Below, in pieces: positions 27,500-41,574 of a stretch of DNA of 64,000 bases (within the stretch, counting starts at the first letter, position 1; each line of letters opens with the position of its first letter). The DNA is from Camelus ferus (lineage: Eukaryota), in assembly GCF_009834535.1 (NCBI RefSeq), contig NC_045697.1, positions 22,012,001 to 22,076,000 on the forward strand. Reading direction: 5' to 3'. A program made the translations under genes and the position numbers. Below the pieces are notes generated by a model. That model worked only from the letters and a program-made list of their open reading frames with translations, did not search any database and was not told the origin of the DNA.

Positions 27500-27700
27500 T
27501 TTCATTCAATTCAATTCAATTCAATAGATGTTTACTGTATACCAAATAACTTATGAGTCTCTAGATACATAGAAGTGCATAAAGCCTTGGCTCATTCTTC
27601 GAGGAAGTCATAAGTTTTAGGGAGGCAAAATGTATTCAATTACTGATAAAGAAATGGTGAAATGTTCATTAATAGCATTAAACAAAATTTCTTAGGGGCT
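27500..27700 (-). mobile_element. L2 3' end fragment
   Basis: 'ttcattcaattcaattcaattcaatagatgtttactg...tcttcgaggaagtcataag'. Confidence 0.55.
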
Positions 27701-27799
27701 GTTCTTTGCTTGGCACTGTGTTGGGCACTCATAAAGCACTGTAAGAACACAGCAGTGTAGAATCTTTAGCTCTGGCATTGGAGGAGGGCCCTGGGATGG

Positions 27800-28070
27800 A
27801 ACTGACTCCTACTGGGCGTGGTAGTTAAAATATTTTGGAGCCAAAATACTTTTTAGTATGGGGCCCATGACAGTGTTTCAGTTTCACTTAAAATCAGAAG
27901 ATAAACAAGGATCTTTTCAGTCAAATAAAATGTTTTAATACAGAATATTAATATGTTTATCTTTATACCAACATGGTCATTATACATAATGTGTAATGTG
28001 TTTTAATGATGAAAGTGTTCCATAAAGGCAGAAGAGCCTAGGGTCCATGGAAGTCAAAATGTGACCTTGA
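27800..28070. mobile_element. hAT MITE, MER96B-like
   Basis: 'aatacttttt...ggggcccatga..gtttca..aaaatcagaag...ctttataccaa...aaaggcagaagagcctagggtccatggaagtcaaaatgtgaccttg'. Confidence 0.6.
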
Positions 28071-28403
28071 CTGAGGGCAAGTGGAAGCCAGAGTGATTCC
28101 GAAAAGACTCAGAGCAATGGAGTTGAGCTTTGAAATACAAGTAACATTTGACTAGGTAGAGGACAGGAAGGCCTTATAGTGAAAAAGATTAGCCAAGGGC
28201 AAGGCCCAGACTTGGGAAAGTATAGGGTGATTTAATTCAGGGGTGCACAAGACATGGCCCCCAAATCACAGTTCAGTGGACGGAGACAGAGGTATGCCGA
28301 GTCTAAAGGCGTAATAGGAGATGTATGCCGATTCCAAGAATGGGAGCTGAGGCACCTGCTCCTAAATCTGTAACATTCCTGAGAGTAAAGGTTCACAACC
28401 AGA

Positions 28404-28530
28404 GGCGGGAGGGTAGAGCTCAGTGGTAGTATGTGTGCTTACAATGCACAAGGTCCTGGGTTCAATCCCCAGTACATCCATTAAAAAATTAGTAAACCTA
28501 GTAACAGCACCCCCCCACACACAAAAAAGA
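28404..28530 (+). mobile_element. tRNA-derived SINE, camelid Vic-1-like
   Basis: GGGAGGGTAGAGCTCAGTGGTAG head, intact B-box GGTTCAATCCC (28459-28469), C-rich and A-rich tail; flanking direct repeat core 'acaaccaga' (28395-28403 / 28536-28544). Confidence 0.88.
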
Positions 28531-28907
28531 AATTTACAACCAGACAGCTTAAATAAATAAAACTGATAAAATAAGTCTACCATTGTAACATTCTCAGCTT
28601 TCTGGTATGTGTAATATATTTGGCTGTAGGGTAGGTGGTACTGTGGTTTTGACTGTCTTCAAGCCCTAAAATCTTTATATGTCAGTAACTATGAATCTGT
28701 CACTATTTGTTTCATTATTCTCCATATATATCTTGAAAATATTACCTAGCAAGATAACATCTCAAAATTACATTAAAATTTGCATCATTTTTTTCCCTCA
28801 GAAATTCAGGCAGGATTAATTGAATACTCTAGTCAAAATAGGAATTCTTAAGTACATTTTGTACAAATGTTCACTGATAAATCAATAAACTTTCTTTTAT
28901 TTTCTAG

Positions 28908-28934
28908 GACAACTTCAATATCCCAGTCAGTGAA
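28908..28934 (+). other. candidate 27-nt frame-preserving microexon (DNFNIPVSE in phase 0)
   Basis: branch-like 'cactgat', polypyrimidine acceptor 'ctttcttttattttctag|', consensus donor '|gtgagt'; host gene not recognised. Confidence 0.4.
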
Positions 28935-29789
28935 GTGAGTCATATTATAATTCACATTGATGAATTCTGTTAAGGTATATTTTTTAAAGTTTAGAGAGTA
29001 AAGTAATACTCCATTCTGGTGTACTCCGTTGCTCCCGTTTCATTCCACCTTCCGTCAACTTCTTAAAGTATATACTGTCTCCATATTTTCTAAACCCTAT
29101 TCTCAGTACTGTCTTCGTTGTTTTCCCCCCTCATATAATGAAGGGAAAACATTATCCATCTAATTTATTTTGAGAGAATAACATTAAGGCTACTTACATT
29201 TTTTTTGTTATTATAATAGATGTAGTGAATAGTAGGTGAGCTGTTGAATTTAATTTTTCAACTAATTAAGCATGCACATATTAAATTCTCTAACTGTCAT
29301 AAATATAATCAGGCCTTTAATTAGAAAATGAAGGAAATATAATTCTAAGTATTATGAAGATATATTGAGCTTCTGGTGGTTAACACATCTAGGGAGATGG
29401 GGTAACTCAATCAGAGTGCTGTATTCTGGTTCTATCCTGAATGGAACTTTTGTAAATCTATGGTACTGAGCATGTAGGAGAGCCATTGGAAATAAAAGGG
29501 TGTAGAAGGTCACAGCATCATCTTCAAACCTAAAAAATACCAGCCCTTCTTATAAATAAATAGTTGAACTATTGGATATTGCAATCTATGTTTTTAAATA
29601 TAGAGAGAAATCTATAAAGAGAGAAATCTTTAAAATACATTTTTTTCATTTGTTGCATATTTGTTTGCAACTCTAAAATTTTTAAAGAGGAGTCAGACAA
29701 AGGCATTAGCAAAAATTGAACTATTAATTTTGGAATGTTATTCACCGAGTGATGTTGCAAGAATTCCATCAATTTCTAGATCCCTCAAA

Positions 29790-30010
29790 TAATGTCATTT
29801 ATTCGCTCAAGAGAATACTGACCTTAGCAACACATCATGCTAAAGACAGGGACTGCAGGGCTGTGTGAGGCACAATCCCTGCCTTCAAGAAGTTTACAGT
29901 CTAGTGGAGGCAACAGAAACACAGTGGGAACACTGTAGGGTACGACTCACCCTGCACCCAGGCAGCGTAGACGAAGAGCCCATGGGAGCTGTGAAGGCTG
30001 CTTCAAGGAA
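29790..30010 (-). mobile_element. L2 3' fragment
   Basis: 'cacaatccctgccttcaagaagtttacagtctagtggagg'. Confidence 0.65.
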
Positions 30011-32339
30011 GTAATTTTACCTTGCTCACAGGGTTGTGTTTTGTTGTTTGTCTTTTGTTTTTTTTAAGAGCTGGGTAAATTTTTCTAAGTGATATACCTA
30101 GATTTATCTATGTCTGACGTGATTAGGAAATTTTGACCTCTTTTATATATTATTTTAAAATTTTGGATAAACAAATATACTCTATGGCCCAGTTTCTTTT
30201 TACCTATTTTTACACATAATTAACATTTACTTGTATTTTATATAAGTAATGTTTATATATATATGTAGAAATTTGTTTATTTTTGGAATATCTATCCATC
30301 TATCTGTGAACAAAGGAAATATCATTGTAAACACACTTCAGAAACTTTTTTATCATGCCTTTCCAAATATTTCTGTAGCATTAATATCAGTCCAGATCCA
30401 CAGTAAAAAATTCATTCATCATGTTACTCTCTGTTGTTGACTCACTTAAATGTGATTTTCTTTATTTTACTCTTCAGTGAGTTGTCTTAAAATGAGGTGA
30501 AATGCAGCTTCAATTCTATTTCATTTGTTCTTTCTTCTCTAAAAAGCACTGTCGGTGAATTTTTCACCTTGCCCTTACCTAACACTGGTATTTCCTTTAC
30601 CTACCTAATTTTATCTTTATATATAAATATACACACACACACATACACAAAGAAGCCCGTTTGTAATCTCTGTTGACTTTGGTTCACCACTCATTGCACT
30701 ATTGCTTAATAGCTGGTAAAAAGACATATGGAAACAAATCAAGCAGATTCTTTTCCCTTGTGAAAGATGGCTGAGGCTTGAAATACGGATATACACTTTA
30801 TATAATTTATTAACTAAATGTATTCTTTAGCTTTTGGAATAAGTTACTAGCTCCTCACATTTAATTCCTAATGTAAAGACGTAAGAGTGGATTAGAGTCC
30901 ATTTTCCCATAACTTTTTATTAAAGCAAATGTGTTAATTACAACTCATAAATCGAGCATCTGCTTTCCTATCTTATGTTTGATGTGATGGGAATGTAAAA
31001 ACTAGTGTAAGACTCTATCCCTCTACTCAGTGAGTTTAGAGAGTAAAGCTTTTGAGACAGATTAACAAGTACACATTAAAAGGCATTATATTAATAAAAA
31101 AGAGAATAAAGCTAAATTGTAAGTTATATAATGAGACTGTAAACGTATATGTTCATTTTTATGTGTGAGTATGGATTATATATGTGTGTGCATGCGTGTA
31201 TAAAATAAAATTAAAAAAATTAAAAGGAAATATACCCAGTATCTCATTGCAGATGGAACTTTGAGAAAAGGTACTTGAAGCAATGCAAGTGGATTCATTC
31301 AATAAATTACCAAATGGATCTGTATGTTACATAGGGACACCACTCCCATGAGACTCCTGATCAGTTATTAACTTGCATTGTTTTGTAGATGAGTAAGTTT
31401 TGTTCATCATATTATTAAAATATCATTTTGTCTTTATGGTAAAAATAGATCCAGTTAAATTTGACCAAATTGGCTTCAAATGTATTTTGAAATATACTGT
31501 GCACATTTAAAGAAATTCAGATGATGTCAGATTGTCTCTTGAGTTTTTGTATAACGCTGCTAGTGGCGTATTTTGATTTAAGATGTATTTTCAGTTCTAA
31601 ACTCCCTGAAGTACTTCTCTCCTGCAGTGATTGACTTTGTAGAGAAACATTTAAAGAGGAATTTAAATTTAAAAGGTGCAATTTGAAACACATTTTCTCA
31701 TGTCAAGTTTTGCCACTGACCTTTTAAAACATGTAAGCAGGGACTTTCCTCTTTAATTATGTTGCTTCTTTTAAATTAAGTCTGTATTGTAATTCTTTGC
31801 AAGATAAGGTAAAATTTTGAAATGAGACTTATTTCATTTTTCTTAGATTTTAGAAGTGGAAAGTGCCTATTTTTTACCATAAGAATTCATAATCATTTTT
31901 GAAACAGTTTTCTATCTTTTCATTTAGGCATCAGAAGACAGAAAAAAAAAATCTGTTCTCCAAAAAGTGATTGTATATTATACAAAAAATGTATACCTGC
32001 CTTTCAAGATAGGCTTGGATTTCAATCAGGATTTCACTGTAAAGAGTAGAGAAAAAAAGATACTGATGGGGGTGCACTTATTGCAAAGAACTGGGGAAAA
32101 GGACACTTTAGGAGTCTTTTTATGAAAGGCTTTTTGCTTCCGCTCACATGTAGAACCTCATCAGTCAGTTTCATCATGAGTTAGCACAGCATCCTATTTC
32201 TGCATCACTTTGCCAGAAATTCAGTGAACAAATCAGCAGAGTACAGATCAGTCACTTCAAGGCAAGTTATTGACAGTACTGACCATCGTTAAGTATTTGA
32301 TTATTTGCTTTGCAATCTCTGTTTGGAGGAATTTAGATA

Positions 32340-32500
32340 GAAGAAAATGGAATCTAGAAGCAAACACCTGGATCTGAATCCACGACTGATACTCACTTGC
32401 TATAGGACCTTGGGTAGGTCATCTAACATCTTGAAGCCTCAGTTTTTTCACCTCCTTCTATCCTATGGGATGTCGTGAGGGCTCAATGAAATATGTTTCT
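32340..32500 (+). mobile_element. MIR SINE
   Basis: 'acctggatctgaatcc...gaccttgggtaggtcatctaacatcttgaagcctcagttttttca'. Confidence 0.75.
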
Positions 32501-33029
32501 GAGGCTGTTACTCATAGTGCTTAAAAATTTTACATTCTTTCTGTAGGTTTCAGTGTGCTGACTTGTTAAATTATTTTAATATTTTAAAATTTATTTTTTA
32601 AGCCTAGTTTAATTACTAGCGTGTCCTAACGCAAAAGATTCTGCGTTATACATTAAGCATTTGGATTTCAATTTTTCCTTTTGTGTGCGTGTGCCTGTTC
32701 TATAAATTTCAGTAAGTAATTAGGTGTAGAAAAATATTTAAATTATAAATAATAGGAAGGAAATGAAATATTAGGGGTTTGTGTAATTTGTTGAAGAACA
32801 TGCATTTTTTTCATCCTCTTTGGCTTTTCTCTTCTGATATTCGTATTCATACCCTGGAGAAAGTAACTAGTCAGCAACTGCATTTTTCAGGACATTGCGG
32901 ATTTTTGTTAAAGGACTTTTATTGTTTTGTTTTGTTTTGCTTTGCTTTGCTTTTATACAGGGGCACGCACGCTATTTTGTTTTTGTTTAATTTTATGCTG
33001 TCTCATCTGCATGGCAAAGAGTGTCTAAA

Positions 33030-33715
33030 AGACTCTTAATTAGTCTCCCTGCTTCTAACCCTGGCCCGTACAGCTGTCTATTTTTAAAACTGCAGGCAGA
33101 ATAATTCTTATAAAATATAATTCAAATTACTCCTCTGTTCAGAAGCCTCCAGTGACTCCCTAGTTTACTTCAAGTTAAGGCCAAAAGCGTCAAGACCCTG
33201 CATGATCTGATTTCCTCACGTCTCCAAAGACATCTCTGACCACATTCCTCTCACTCTGTTGGCCTCAGCCACACTGGCCTCTTCCCTGTTCAAAGCCAGG
33301 TCCACTTCTTGCTCAGAATCTTTAAATCTGCTCTGCCTTCCGGGGTATTTCCTCCAGTCCCCACATAGCTCAAGTTTTACCTCCTTCTGGTCGTTGTAGC
33401 AGTGAGGACTTTCTGACCACTCTATTTCAAATAGCACCTTCCTCTTAGATCCCAAACACTCCCCACTTTTCTTCCCTTCCCCTCAGTCCTGCTTGGGATG
33501 TGTATGCATGCATGTAAGTATGTACGTATATATGTTTATATTGTGTGTGTGTGTGTGTGTGTTTAATAGTTACCTATATATTTGGCTTATTTCTTCCTCA
33601 CTCATTAGAATGTAAGTTTCCTGAGTCTGGGAATTTGTGTGTGTGTATATGTGTGTTTCACTGCTGTATCCAAGCCAAGAGAAGGTACTCATTGGTATTT
33701 GTTGTGTCGAATAGG
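33030..33715 (+). mobile_element. L2 LINE 3' region
   Basis: 'gtctccctgcttcta...ctcctctgttcagaagcctccagtgactccc...ctcagccacactggcctc...cattagaatgtaagtttcctgag...ctgctgtatcc'. Confidence 0.8.
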
Positions 33716-34814
33716 GAAATTATTTACTGTTTCTGAGTCTCCATATCTCCACTTTCCATATCAACTCAAAAGAAGGCTTTGGGATCTACAGAGTAAGCCT
33801 TTTTTTTTTTTTTTTTTTTTTCTTCATAAGACGGAGCTGGCTGTTGTTAACTCTGAAACACCAGATGATTTCTTTCTGCAATGAAAGCACAGCCGTTTCC
33901 CTTTGAAGAGCACCCAACAATTCTAATGATCATAATTAACTCCGTATATACATATGTGTAGCTAGATGACCATAGTAACCCTCAGACTTGCTTCACAGAA
34001 CTGGAAAATCAGAACTTCTTTATCGATAAAGACTTAAGGAAGGATCTGTCTAATGCCCCTATTTCAGACATGTCCAGTCTTCCTGGGAAAACTTGAGTTA
34101 GAATCTAGAACACGAGGTTTCCAAGGAAATGTTCTTTTCAATATATGCAACTTAGTGATCCCAGGAAACCAGCCCTGAAGGAACAACACGAGTAAACAAA
34201 CATGATGAGACCTGGAAACCAAAGGATTATTGGCAGGAAAGATTACAAAATAGAGACTGACAGTGGGATTCATAATCTTTTCTCTTTCCCTTATACCTGT
34301 GGTTCTAAAACGTAAATCTTCTTGATTTCACGGTAATGATTCCTATTCCTAGCCATTTCTGGTTTCCATCTCCTGACTGGGAAGGGAAGGATACTTTTCA
34401 GAGTAAATCATTCCTGTTGTCACAGGATGAGACAACAGTGGCTGAGCTGTGGTCCACAGAACGCAGAACATTGATGAGCTTTTTTTTTTTTTTTCTCTTA
34501 AGATGGTGTGTTCCTTGTTGTCTGTGAGGGTACAGAGCCATGGTTCAAAATGGATAAGCTCTTTTAGAAATTTCCCATCATACAAAGACCTTCAACATAA
34601 ACTGCATCTTCTAGGGAAGAAAATCAATATCAACAGGCTAAAAAGATGTGATGGGAACCTATGCCTGGCTTTCTGTGTTCCTCTCTTGAAATTAATAATT
34701 TAACTGGTTGGGCAGAGCACTGCTGCTTTTTCTAGATCATTTAGATATGCCCTGATTTAAATGTGTTACATGAAGTCTGTAACTGTCTATGTATTTTTAA
34801 AGTATATATATCTA

Positions 34815-34862
<48 letters not shown>
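34815..34862. repeat. (TATC)12 tetranucleotide microsatellite
   Basis: perfect run, preceded by a TA run. Confidence 0.97.
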
Positions 34863-34865
<3 letters not shown>

Positions 34866-36404
34866 ACTTTCCCGTTCTCTTGGGATCTGATAATGTTTGG
34901 GTGGATTGTGTGATTAATTAAGTGCAGATGGCTTTGTGCTTGTACAAGAATTTTACATTGTTAGGGGGAAACTGAATAGATAAAATTAAAAATAGACTCC
35001 GTTACCATTTTTCTAAGGACGAGTTAAATGATTCATCTTCAGATTGTCTATCCCTGTCATTAACTTGATGAGTGTGTTATGTTATGATAGTTTCTTGAAT
35101 AATTAAGTTCAAGTTGGTTATGAAATCACTTGTTTGGTGAATTTTGCTCAGATAATTTTCAGCATGTAGAACTTTTCTCGAGGAGGCTATGGTGAATAAA
35201 CTCCTGTAATCGGGCTTGACTGAAGAGCTCATCTATTTTTGAAAAGTAAATCGTCTAGAAAACTATTTTAAAGGTTTCTGGAAGGGATTGGCGACGAATA
35301 TGGGTTAGTGGGGCCTCTTCCATCATCTTCCAAGAGCTTAGAGGAGATAGCTTCTCATAAACAAGTCCTGAATAAAGCCTGGATGAAGGCACACCCTTAC
35401 TGGATGAAGAGTAAATATGAAACATGTTCTGTCTTTTAAATGTTCTCCAAAAATGTGCTTAGCACCTTGAATTCTCATAAAACCAGTTATCAGAATGATT
35501 AACAGCATAAAAAAGTTGTGCAAAAGAGTTCTAATAGATCAAGACTGAACATTTCAGATAACACTCTTGGACTTTTTTCAGTTAAAAATTGTAGGTAGAT
35601 TGATGATAGGAAAATTGTTTTGCTATTTAAAAAAAGTCACAGAATATGGAAAAAAGATAGAAAATAATATGAACACTTTCAAAACACGCCCAAGTAGCAA
35701 AAGAAATAAGCCCTAGAAAAGCTATAAATCCCTAGTTTATCTTTGTTTTCACCCTTTCGACTCAGGCACTTGAAAAAAAAAATGAAAACAGTTCTTTTTG
35801 CCCTCTCTCAGAATATGTAAAAAGGGACATATCAATCCGAAGGGGTAGTGTATTTGACTAGTGTTTGCCTATGAAGCACCATACGAGTAGCAACGTGTGA
35901 AAGATGATAAATCATATTCAAGTGGATTTAAAAATAGTGACATTCTGATGAGAAACTGAGCATATTACTTGTGGGAAAAAAAACTTATGTTAATTAAACA
36001 ACATTAGCTTTTTAGTTTTTTAAGGAATAAAGAAGTTCTGAGAATATGTAGGTTATAGCCAATAAACCAACACACCTTATGTAAAAATGACTATTGGAAT
36101 ATAAAATCTACAGTTCGTCTAGGAACAAATGGGGTTGGGGGAGTGACACATTTTAATGCAAATGTGAATGTTACTTGGCATATTTGCAAAGACACAATAG
36201 ACTACAGGGATTTACTGGAGATGACACATGGGGAAAAATGCAAGATTTCTAAAAAGGACTTAAGTGAAGAAAACTCGGGAGATTATTACTGAGTTCTGCA
36301 GGATATTTTAAGCATGGGTTTGCCTCACAACTGAATGATTTTCTATGCCTCATTTCAAAATGTTGGCCCCATGGCTTAACTTTTGATGGTATAGCATCAT
36401 CACA

Positions 36405-36645
36405 ATATACAACATTTCTTGAGCACTTAACATAAGCCAAGCATTTGTCCTAAGGTCTTATGAATTGTCACAGTGACTTTGTGAGACACGGACTGTGAAT
36501 TTAATCCATTTTACAGGTGAGGAAACTAAGGGTTCCAGAGGGTGTAAGTAACTTGCCTTGTGACCTTGTAGCTAGTAAAGGCAGCACTAGATTCAAACTT
36601 CAGTCTGTCTGGTTCTAAAGGCCACGTCTTTAGCACCGTGTCTAC
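36405..36645 (-). mobile_element. MIR SINE, near full length
   Basis: 'ccattttacaggtgaggaaactaagg..agagggtgtaagtaacttgcc...gctagtaa...attcaaacttcagtctgtctgg'. Confidence 0.85.
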
Positions 36646-39600
36646 ATTCCCTCTGCAGATACATTCTCAGCCAAGTACTGGTCCAAAATAAGAGTTTCAT
36701 CCATTTCTTTGTGTTTGAAGGCTTCCAGAAGACTGATATCACGCAGAGGAAAGAGGTCGGCCCCTTTCAGATAACAGAGGAAAAGGCGATTGCCATTCCC
36801 ATGTGGGCTTAAGATATTTGGTGTGTCTCTAGCTTGGCACCATGTTCAGAAAATACAAATGTGGCTAAACTGGATCTGAGATAAAGCGAGTAACTGTGGC
36901 CTTCTCAAGGTCTCACTCAGATGCTGGGCAGAGATCTCTCGCCCTGTCTACTCAAGTTTTCCCACGCTTACCCTGGCCTGAAATAGTTGTAAGGGAGCAC
37001 TGTCTACTGCAAATGCACTTGTCTTCTTAAACTTAAACAAAGAGATACTTTTGCTCCTGCATGGATTTCCTTCATAATCTCCACTGACAAATGGCCTATG
37101 TTTACGGAGGCCCAGGATTTCCCGTGCATTGGTGCTGTGTGCATGAAGGAATTGCCAGTATCTGAAACTTTTAATTTAAACCCAGACCCATCCTTCTGCA
37201 TACAATTGTATTGTGTCTAGGAATATTCAGTTGAGATGGCTTCTGCATACTGATGTAACCAGAATAGAAACAGTGGGAAGGATAAAATGTGTATCCCAGA
37301 GGCACTATTCTGAACCTTCTGAGCTATGTTCCCCAATGCTCAGTTTTTATTAACGGTTAAATTAAGAGTCAGATAAATTGAGTTAAGCCCCATCACAGAG
37401 CAGCACAGTAACCAGCGATAGCAAAGGATCAGTATCTCAGATATTGGCTGATAACACAGAAAGTTCTTAAAGGGCAGGCCAGTAATCCGAGCGTTGCCTC
37501 CGTCTCCCAGCCATGATTAATTAAACTCCTTGGTAGTGAGGGCACAGAAGGACCCCACCCCCACCCCCACCCCCAACTTAAGCAAATCTATTTTCAAAGT
37601 GCACCTGCTTTTACATTTATTTGCAGGAATCCTCTGTTGTTTAATTTCATTCTTACTCAAAATAATGAGTACATTTGAAGCCATGCTTAATGGATGGCTG
37701 GCTGCTGGGACGGATTCACAGTGCAGGCCAGTGCATGCTAGGTTTGGAATGTCATACGCCACATCCAGGAACATTTTCTCATTCTTGTGTTGCATTAAAC
37801 AGCCACAGCCCGGCCCAGACTACCAGTGGGCTGTGGAAAAGGTCAGGTGTTCTGTTTTCATCTTTTGTTTGTGTTATTTTCCTGGCTGATAAATGGTCCT
37901 GTATGCCTTAAATAGCTATTTTACATTCCTATGAGAATATCGTGTGCCTTTAAATGAATCCATCTTGGTTTACTTATATTGCAATTCCACCCCTCTTCAT
38001 ATTAAAAATTTATATTTTTCTGTTGGATGTTTCGAATAGGTAGCTTTTAAGCATCGGTGCTCCTTGTGGTCACTGCACAAGGACTGTCCTTCGTTGAAGA
38101 ATGCAACTGTGGGGGCTGTTGGTGAGCAAAGGACCATCTAGATGAGGTTTTAGGACCCTGGCATTACTCCTAGACCAGCTCCCAGTTTTCTAGAGAACCC
38201 GTTTGACCCTAAGTCTTCCAGGGGTAACAAACACTTAGAAATTATGTGAAGAACCCTTCCCTTTTAAAAGCGACAGGATCCTTTTCACGCATTATCCTTC
38301 TCTTCATTTGTAAAGTTTCTCATTGTATATTTGAATTAGAAGAAGAGAGAAAACTAAACAGCAAAGATAAAAGCCTTAGAGCTTGGATGTAGTAACAGAC
38401 AACAGTACAGGCATTACTGGAAATAAAATGATATTCATATAGTGAAGGGTTCAGTTGTAGTGTGTGATGTTTATAATAAATTAAGACATGGAGATCATCC
38501 TGTGCAAGCTTTGGGGCACACTTTTATTTCCTAGATTTAATGACCTGGTTCACCGAACTTTCAGCTGATAAAAATATGGAGGCATGATCAGATACCCCGA
38601 TTTATCTTTTTGTTGTTGTTGGTACCTTCTTATCCCTCTCACTCTGGTGCTCCTGTCCTTTGGTGTTTTTCATGGCCTGACATGCAGCTGTAATGGTTCT
38701 ATTAGCTGCTGCAAATGTGCTGAGCTTGCTTTTTGAAGCGAGCATGTCGTCACCGGCACTTTTCTGCAGTTCCTTATTAGTACGTGCCCTTTTCTGACTG
38801 GGCACAAGCCATCACCTAGAATTAAACATTTTCTGCTAGACCTGTCCTTACTGTGTGCAAAATGATTATAGTCCATTATGCCACCTCCTTGCCGACAACC
38901 ATACTGCTGAGATTACAAGAAAGTCCCTGCAAATTTAAATAGGATGTTCCCTGGGTGGATGGGAGGCTTTGATAACGAGAACTGTTTGACGAAATGCCTT
39001 TCAGAGACAGAATGTGAACGAGGCTTCCTTGCAATCCTGTCATTGAAACGCCTGATTCTTATTAGATTGATAACATCAGGAGCTAGAACCTTGATGTTTA
39101 GAGTAGTTGAAAATCTAACATCCTCGAATGATCCCAGAACAGGACAGGTTAACTCAGTACAGGTCTGAGAATGCTGTCTCTGCAGAATGGAAAACACCCA
39201 GCCCACGAAGAGAATTTCCAGTTTCTCTAATTTTAGGGATACCATTTACATCTCACTCCGAATGTGCTTTTTTCTTGTTTTGCTCAGCAAAAGCAGTTTC
39301 CTTTCATCCTTCAGCAAATTTGGAGTAAGGAACCCAGAATCTCAAGAGGCCAGTAAGTTTGGAGGATTTGAGAGAAGTATCAGTCATAGCAAAGGCAGAA
39401 CCCCTCCTGATGGCTGTCTGTCTGATAGAATGTAAAGGAAATGCGGTTTCTTTTTTTCCCTTCCTTCATATTCTGGGAAATTTTTCTCATTTAGCTTTTC
39501 TTCGTGATGACTTTAGAAGTCTTCATTATCTTTTCTTTAAGTCCTTGCCCACCAAGGGTAGCCTGTGTATGTTGTCCCTCCATTCCAAAGAGGGGACAAA

Positions 39601-39819
39601 ATGGCACTCCACACTCTGAAATCAGATTTAAACTTCTCCTGAGAAACTTCAGATCTGTGGTTGTGGTATTTTGCTGAAAGGATCGTGAAGGCAATTTAAA
39701 GACTTTTTTTTTTCCTAAAAAAAAAACGAATAAGCAAAAATGCTGGACACCTTCTGCCTATGGATGGTCTACCTTGACTTTGTGATTAAGAGAGGAAGCT
39801 CCCCAAATCTACCACAACC

Positions 39820-40460
39820 AGGTAATAGAGGTGCATGCAGAAAGTTACTGAGGGACACAGAAGTGAGGCACTGCTTGCCCCAGGGGAAGGATCTGCTCCA
39901 GAGAGGAAAGAGTGTTTGACCTTGGAGTAAAATTGTATTAGGCAGAGAAGGAGCAAACAACACAAACACAGTTTTGGAGCATGGAAATGGGTGTGGGCTG
40001 TGAATCTTCTGTTGTGATGGAGAAGTGGAAGCCTAGGGGGGAGCACTACTGCACAGGGAAAGACACTGAGAGGCGTGGAGCTATGTGAATACCATGAGGA
40101 GGTGATCTGATTGTATCCTGTAGGAAACGGGAAGTTATCCATGGTTTATAAAGAGTAATGATCTGAGATTTGTATTACAGGAAGATAATTCTGGCACCAG
40201 ATAGATTGGGAGGACTAGAGTCAGTGGCATAGAGACTGGAATAGGGTCTAGGAGACAGGTGAGGAGGAACCTAGCAAAGCAAATGGCAGTGGTGAAGGAG
40301 GGACAGAGAGACATGCAAGGCAGCTGTAAAGATGAATGGATGGAGCTTGATGAATGCATGTGGATGGGGTGTGTTCATGAGGACAGGATGTAAAGGTTAT
40401 TCTGTGGCTCCTATCTTGGACAATGGAGTAGATGGCGTTGCTGATAACTGAGATGAAGTG
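39820..40460 (-). mobile_element. L2 LINE fragment
   Basis: 'tatcctgtaggaaacgggaag...atgatctgagatttgtattacaggaagataattctggca...gatggcgttgctgataactgagatg'. Confidence 0.75.
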
Positions 40461-41518
40461 TACCACCTAGGACACTAGGTCATGTCACCAGTGCATTTCT
40501 TTTACCCTCTACTGCTTCAGCCTTGTTGAATCATGTCTTGGTTTATGGACAAGGCATGTTAACCACGTGATTCATTTTTCAGTGTGGACTTTGAGAATCT
40601 ATGGCATGAACCCCCAAATTATCAACAATACTGGGTTTTTGTGTAACATCATACCATTTCTCATTTGCACTTTATGGGTTATTTTTATAGAACTAAACTT
40701 TCATTTTGTTTCTTGTGTTTTGTTTTTCTTCTCAGCCGTCAATTCTCCTCCGTTAGTGTACTGCCCATGAACCTTTAGGAATCCTAAGCTAGATCAATGC
40801 CACATTAAAATTTAAGGAACTACTTCATCAAAACCACATGCTTCATTTCCTGAGAACTGTCAGCAAGCCAGGAAAAAGAAAGCATGTCAGATCTGTATTG
40901 TTATTGGTGCCTCTCGCTTAACCACTGCTGTGCCCTTATGGTGGTCCTGAGTAGCTGCCTCTGTAAAAGCTCAGAGAATGCTTGCGGCCACAACAAGGAA
41001 AGAGTCAAAACTTCATTAGGGAGTTTTGAGAAAGAGCTACAGTGGTTTAAGTGCTTAAGTCCTTGAATCGTTGTGAACATATCCAAAGATACTAATATGT
41101 TTTTGTATGGCTGTTTTTTCCCCTTTTTGAAAAAATTCTAGAAGGGCAGGGCAGACTAGGCCAAGCATTGACTGGCTTTTTAGATTAATGTTTAATATGA
41201 TGAGGTGGCTGCCAGGACCTGAGAGTTGGGAACATGCCTTGGTAAGTGTAGAATTTTCCTGCAAATTTGGCTTCCGGTTTGTATCTGGCTAGAAAAGCTG
41301 TTCTTTTCTTTCCTCTTCCGTCCTTTCTTCTTTCCACCCACCCTCCCTCTCTCCTTCCGTCCTTCTTTCCTTCCTTCCCTTCAAGCATTATTGCTGAGTC
41401 TTTCTCAACACTCATGCCCCAAAGCAGACTTCTCTCTTAGCTGACCACTCTTTACAACCTAATGGCCAGTCTTAGCCTGCATTTGATAACCTCATTAAAG
41501 CCATGGTGGTGCTGTAAT

Positions 41519-41523
41519 TTCTC

Positions 41524-41574
<51 letters not shown>

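Noticed and set aside
28404..28480. tRNA-like sequence (also at 52905-52975 and 59015-59091)
   Set aside because: SINE heads with A-rich tails, TSDs on two copies and mutated stems; not tRNA genes.
31370..31400. AG|ATGA|GTAAGT 4-nt exon-like signal
   Set aside because: Frame-shifting length and no supporting evidence; likely chance.
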